A stretch of DNA of 63,956 nucleotides, filler included, from Cladosporium halotolerans (Eukaryota): assembly GCF_011745625.1 (NCBI RefSeq). It is 6 parts of 6 records of this genome, joined end to end, with 100 filler letters (N's around TTAATTAATTAA, not from the genome) between each part and the next. Parts side by side here need not be neighbours in the genome. Positions count along the whole stretch, not along the records: positions 56,318 to 63,956 come from NW_027191625.1; 5 more parts are not named here. One strand, 5' to 3'. Below are positions 59,601 to 63,956 of this stretch, one piece after another (the first letter of the stretch is position 1; each line of letters starts with the position of its first letter). The translations under genes were made by a program, and so were the position numbers. The notes under the pieces were generated by a model that was not told where the DNA came from, searched no databases, and worked only from the letters and a program-made list of their open reading frames with translations.

Positions 59601-62600
59601 CGTCGTGACCTATGGCGAGATCTTTCGACGGTATCAAAAGCATCGCGTGCGTCGGCACAGATGCCGCAAGCGAGATCGAGTGGAACCGCCGATGTGGAGA
59701 TACTCACGTCGCTACCGCAACCGATACACAATCGATTGACGGTTTCATGCAGGCAGCAGGGTTCCTGGTCAAATATTTCAACAACGACGATTTCCAGGAT
59801 TCACTTTTCATCTGCCAAAAGATAGATCAGATCGACTTCGCCGATGCTATCCCGACGGATGCACACAATCTCTCATTCTACTCGAGGATGCGGATGGACA
59901 TTGAAGACGCTGCAATCGCAGACGTGCTGGTATTAGATGCGCGCCAGCAGCAGGTCCTCTTCGCGGCCTCGGGGCTGCAATTCAAGAAGCTTTCCCGCGT
60001 TCCACTTGCGCGATCATTGAGGGCCGCGAACGCTGTTGCGCCATGTTCGACCGACGGTCTGCGGAAGCAAATACACACGGGGCGAAAACCGGCCTCACGA
60101 GATGGATCGGAGTCAGGACATCGTTCTCATCACCGGCGGAAGGTGCTTGAGGTCTTGGCCAACGTAACCGGCACGCCGCCAGAGTGCGTGTCCATGGCCG
60201 GATCTCTGGAAGACCTCGGGATTGACTCGCTCGCTGCAATAGAGGTTTTGAACGATCTGAAAGCATCGCTGGATCTGGTCATCCGCTTGTCAACCCTCAT
60301 GTCATTCAACAGCATCGGGGCGTTCGTCGAGTATGTGACCTCCACGGTGGGATCCCGAGAGCGCAAACATCGCGACCCCAATGATGTGCTCAAAGATGCG
60401 CGACTGGCGCAAAAAATGACATCCACTGCCGTTGGATATGAGCAGGTCCAGAGGGACAAGGAAAACCAAGTCTCGGTCGCTTCGTCTGAGCCGAAGCACG
60501 ATGCGAGTCTGGATGTCGATTCCTCCGCTGTCGATTTGGACTATCTGGCTGCCGTGTACCCGAGCCACACACGTCTATTCCTGGCCTATATCGTCGAAGC
60601 GTTCGGCGGAATCGGGTGTGACTTGCCGACGATGGCGGCAGGCGAGGCCATGCCAGAAATGCAGAACATTCTGCCACGACACAAACGACTTCTTCACCGA
60701 TTTTTCCTTGCCCTGGTTGAAGCGCGCATTCTGATCGAAACTTCGGAAGGTACCTTCGTGCGCACCGAACAGCACGTCGACAAGGCTCGTGCAGCAGACC
60801 TACATAGTGCGGCTATGAGGCATTGGCCAGAGCACGGGAGCTTGCATCAGCTCATGCACGCCGTAGGTTCACGAACGGCCGGGTGCCTCACCGGGGTCTT
60901 CGACGGCCTCCAGATTCTGTTTGGTGACCAAGCCAACGAGACAGCACTCCGAGAATTCTACCAACACTGGCCCCTATTCAAAGGAGCGACCAGATCTCTT
61001 GCCAAGATTGTGCTACGCGTTGCGGGTCTTCTTGGCAGAACAGGCAAGATCCAAATATTAGAAGTTGGCGCCGGCACAGGTGGGACAACGCGCCCGCTAC
61101 TTGCAGCTTTGCAGGTGGCAGAAATGCCATTCGACTATCATTTTATTGACGTCTCGCCGCACCTCGTCAATGCTGCAAGAGAATCGTTGGACGGCATTGC
61201 TGGCCTGACCTTTGGTGTTCTTGATGTCGAAGAACAGCCCCCCAATGATCTAGAAGGCGCATATGACGTCGTGCTCGCCTCAAACTGCATACATGCAACT
61301 CGTGACCTGGAGCAATCTCTCGGTCACCTTCGATGCCTGCTACGTGAAGACGGCATTTTTGCCTTGGTGGAAATCACGAGGCGGCTCAACATCTTCGACT
61401 TGGTGTTCGGTTTGTTAGACGGGTGGTGGCGTTTCAACGACAACCGCACACACTGCTTGGCTGATGAGCATCATTGGAGCTCGAAGTTGATGGTCGCTGG
61501 ATTTCAAGACGTGATGTGGACCGACGTCGGGAACCCAGAGGCCCAGGTGGTGCGCGTCGCGACCGCTTCTCCTCGCACGATGCTCCGAAGAAAAGCATCA
61601 AAGGCAGTAGAGAAAACCCGGGTCTGCGAAGTGGTCTATAAGACGTCGGGCGAGCTTGATATCCTTGCAGATGTGTACTGCCCGGCCAGGGCTGACCCGG
61701 CCGTCACTCTTCCCACAGGTGAGAACAAGCATTGAGTGGTGAAGGGGATCGGCTGACGGGCGTGACAGCCCTCATGATCCACGGAGGTAGCCACGTCCTG
61801 TTTTCCCGCAAAGACGTCAGGCCTGCGCAAACTCGCATCCTGCTCGGGATGGGGTTTTTGCCCGTCAGCATCGACCATCGCCTCTGTCCCGAGACCAAAC
61901 TAGTCGAAGGTCCCATGGTGGACGTGTGCGATGCTCTGAACTGGGCGAGGCACACCCTTCCGGCGATAGATCTCGGCGATTGTTCGCTGAAGCCCGACGG
62001 TGGATGTGTGGTGGCCGTGGGCTGGTCTTCAGGCGGCCAACTAGCCACGTCGCTTGCATGGACCGCTCCTCAGAGGGGTCTGGAGCCACCTGCGGCGATC
62101 TTGGCGCTTTATTGCCCGACTGATTATGAAGATGATTGTGAGTACAGTAACCCCGACAGGTGCACATCGTGGCAAAGGGAGAGTGCATGACTCACCGGAT
62201 TTGACAGGGTGGCAACATCCAATCCAGCCTTGCGGCGCCGAAGATCTTGACGAGGAATATGACCTCTTGGATGCAGTCCAGCCAAGTCCGGTATAGCTAA
62301 TATCATTACTACCTTTCGCTTTACCGATGGCCACACTGACAAACGCGGCGCCTGCAGATTTCCTCTTACGACTCCATCGGCTCTTGGGAGCCACCGACAG
62401 ACGTCCGCATCCGGCAAGACCCACGCTGCCGCATTGTCCTGCACATGAATTGGAAGGCACAAACACTGCCCATCATAGTCTCCGGCCTGCCGTACAGCTC
62501 GAGCGTGAGCGATGAAGATTCGAGTCGTGTTGATTGGACCAAACTGCCGCAGCCGCCACTCCGGGAGATCCAACGATGCAGCCCACTTGCCCAGATCAAG

Positions 62601-62954
62601 CTTGGAAATTACAAGACGCCGACATCCCTCGTTCACGGCACGAAGGACGAGCTCATTCCCTGGCAGCAATCCTACAGGACGTGGAAGTGCCTTGTGAGTC
62701 ACGGCATTGACGCTCAACTAGCTCTGATCAAAGATGCTCCCCACATCTGCGATACGTCGAAAGATCATGAATCGGCAGGTTGGAAAGCGGTACTGCGGGG
62801 CTATGGTTTTCTCGCCGACAAGGTGCGCATCAGAGGGCACTGTTCTGCGCTCGAGGGGCGTGCTCCGCCGGAACAGAATATGACGAGGCGCATAGCAACG
62901 CGATCGTCTATGTCATACTGTACCGCTTCAGACCGATCGCAAAATACTAGTTGA
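56601..62954 (+). pseudogene. Non-reducing PKS copy F, pseudogene
   Basis: Colinear with 2503-9809 apart from the LINE. Lesions: -1 near 58098, net 16-nt loss near 58970, +1 near 59630; KS motifs changed to EAHGTDT and DTACSLS; stop codon lost (TAG to CAG). Confidence 0.92.
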
Positions 62955-63127
62955 CAAGCCAGCTGCTTCTACCTAGCTTTCGTGCAGGGCTTCCTTCACA
63001 TGTACATTCCCTGTGGCTCCTGTCTGAAGGATACGTCCATGGTTGACATTTACGAGACGCGACTGATAAGCTTAAACACATAAGGCGTCGGAGAGACGAG
63101 TGCAAAGGGGGTTCCAATGGGAGCGAT

Positions 63128-63391
63128 TTACTCGGCAGCCTTCATCTTTTCTCTTAGTCGCCTTTGTCGGTCAATGTATTCTTTTGAAAGCCGCTTCTTT
63201 TTCTCCTTTGATCGAAGCTCCTCGTCAAAGAAGAACACACAAAGCTCCCTTTCGCCTCCTGAGTCACAGTGTCATGTCAGCCTTTTGATCGAGATTCATC
63301 GAATGGCCGCTGATGTCCGCTTACCTTCTGCGGTCATCTTGTGTGCTGACCCGCTGGAGTCTTTCGCAGTCTTCTCCTGCCCTGAGCCCAT
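63128..63391 (-). CDS. 65-aa two-exon micro-protein (copy F)
   Basis: Same 264-bp span as 1992-2255; GTAAGC donor; ATG and TAA conserved; several synonymous differences. Confidence 0.55.
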
Positions 63392-63859
63392 GGTGCCCTT
63401 CTTATGACGATTCTTGGTGCAAGAGGTTGGAAAGAACGTAATTTAAAGCATCAAAAGGCAGTAGTCTTTGGAGGCAGGCTGGGAGAAACAAATACTTATA
63501 CCATACCTGTATCATCGAGGTCTCAGTATCTCTAGCAGGATGGTTCACTACGTTGTACCCCGTTGGATGACATGACAAATGGAAAATGGCCTATCTTCGT
63601 CGCATTCCTGACGTGATGCGCCAGTATCCACCGACTAATACATCTGCACTGCAGTGCAGTATCAGGTTCGCATAAGCCTTCCATCTACACGTTGGTACAC
63701 TGGCAGCCGTTTTGGGCTTAAAGCCCGGGTTCAAGCAAGCATCTTGTCATCACAGCGATGTATTCTATTCTAGCTCGATTCACATTAATATCGTGTTTTC
63801 GCTCGCTTGTTTGTCCGGGACGTTGGTTTGTAAGCTTCATCACACAACGACGCGTCGAA

Positions 63860-63956
63860 CAGTGAACTTATTGGTTCGGTTGGTTACGGTTTTGGGGTCA
63901 AAACCGAACCAACCACTTTACGAGATTTCGTGAACCAAAATGACCATTGGAAACCA
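63860..63956. mobile_element. hAT-like terminus (GGTT/AACC repeats) inserted in the F copy of the Cys6 gene
   Basis: Similarity to contig A stops at CGCGTCGAA|CAGTGAACTTATTGGTTCGG; repeated AACC/GGTT follow. Confidence 0.7.

Larger units (their letters stand above)
56601..63859. repeat. Segmental duplicate or haplotype of 1511-9809
   Basis: Continuous reverse-complement similarity that includes introns and the 3' intergenic DNA. Confidence 0.95.

Noticed and set aside
1511..63859. Giant element bounded by 7-kb inverted repeats (the two PKS copies)
   Set aside because: The copies are on separate contigs joined by artificial linkers and ordered by size. Their orientation and distance carry no biological meaning.

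Overview
Eukaryotic (filamentous ascomycete-type) DNA with GT-AG introns and fungal gene and transposon families. This is NOT one contiguous locus. Five identical 100-bp linkers (N44-TTAATTAATTAA-N44) join six unplaced contigs in decreasing size: A 1-11494 (possibly longer), B 11595-23058, C 23159-34261, D 34362-45414, E 45515-56217, F 56318 to the window end. Contigs A and F carry two diverged copies of a ~7.3-kb segment. It holds a non-reducing PKS (KS-AT-PT-ACP-CMeT-esterase, no visible SAT) and a hidden 65-aa two-exon gene. Copy A is disrupted by a 5'-truncated LINE (13-bp TSD, poly-A) and a homopolymer frameshift; copy F by a hAT-like element and three frameshifts. Contig B is a nested transposon stack: hAT end, Fot1/pogo, LINE, a chromovirus remnant with an open antisense Cys6 ORF, a complete hAT inside a LINE, a second LINE, and a prpD pseudogene. 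Contig C holds an interrupted alpha-glucoside transporter, a SAM methyltransferase, GH43, a secreted G1-peptidase-like protein and an interrupted NACHT-ankyrin gene. Contigs D and E hold accessory genes (MYND, Zn2Cys6, R-S-E ADP-ribosyltransferase-like, CCCH, PhyH-like mini-protein, atypical kinase), a hAT MITE and an internally deleted LINE. Seven distinct hAT-like terminus types, each with its own subterminal repeat, sit at most contig breaks, several of them inside exons.
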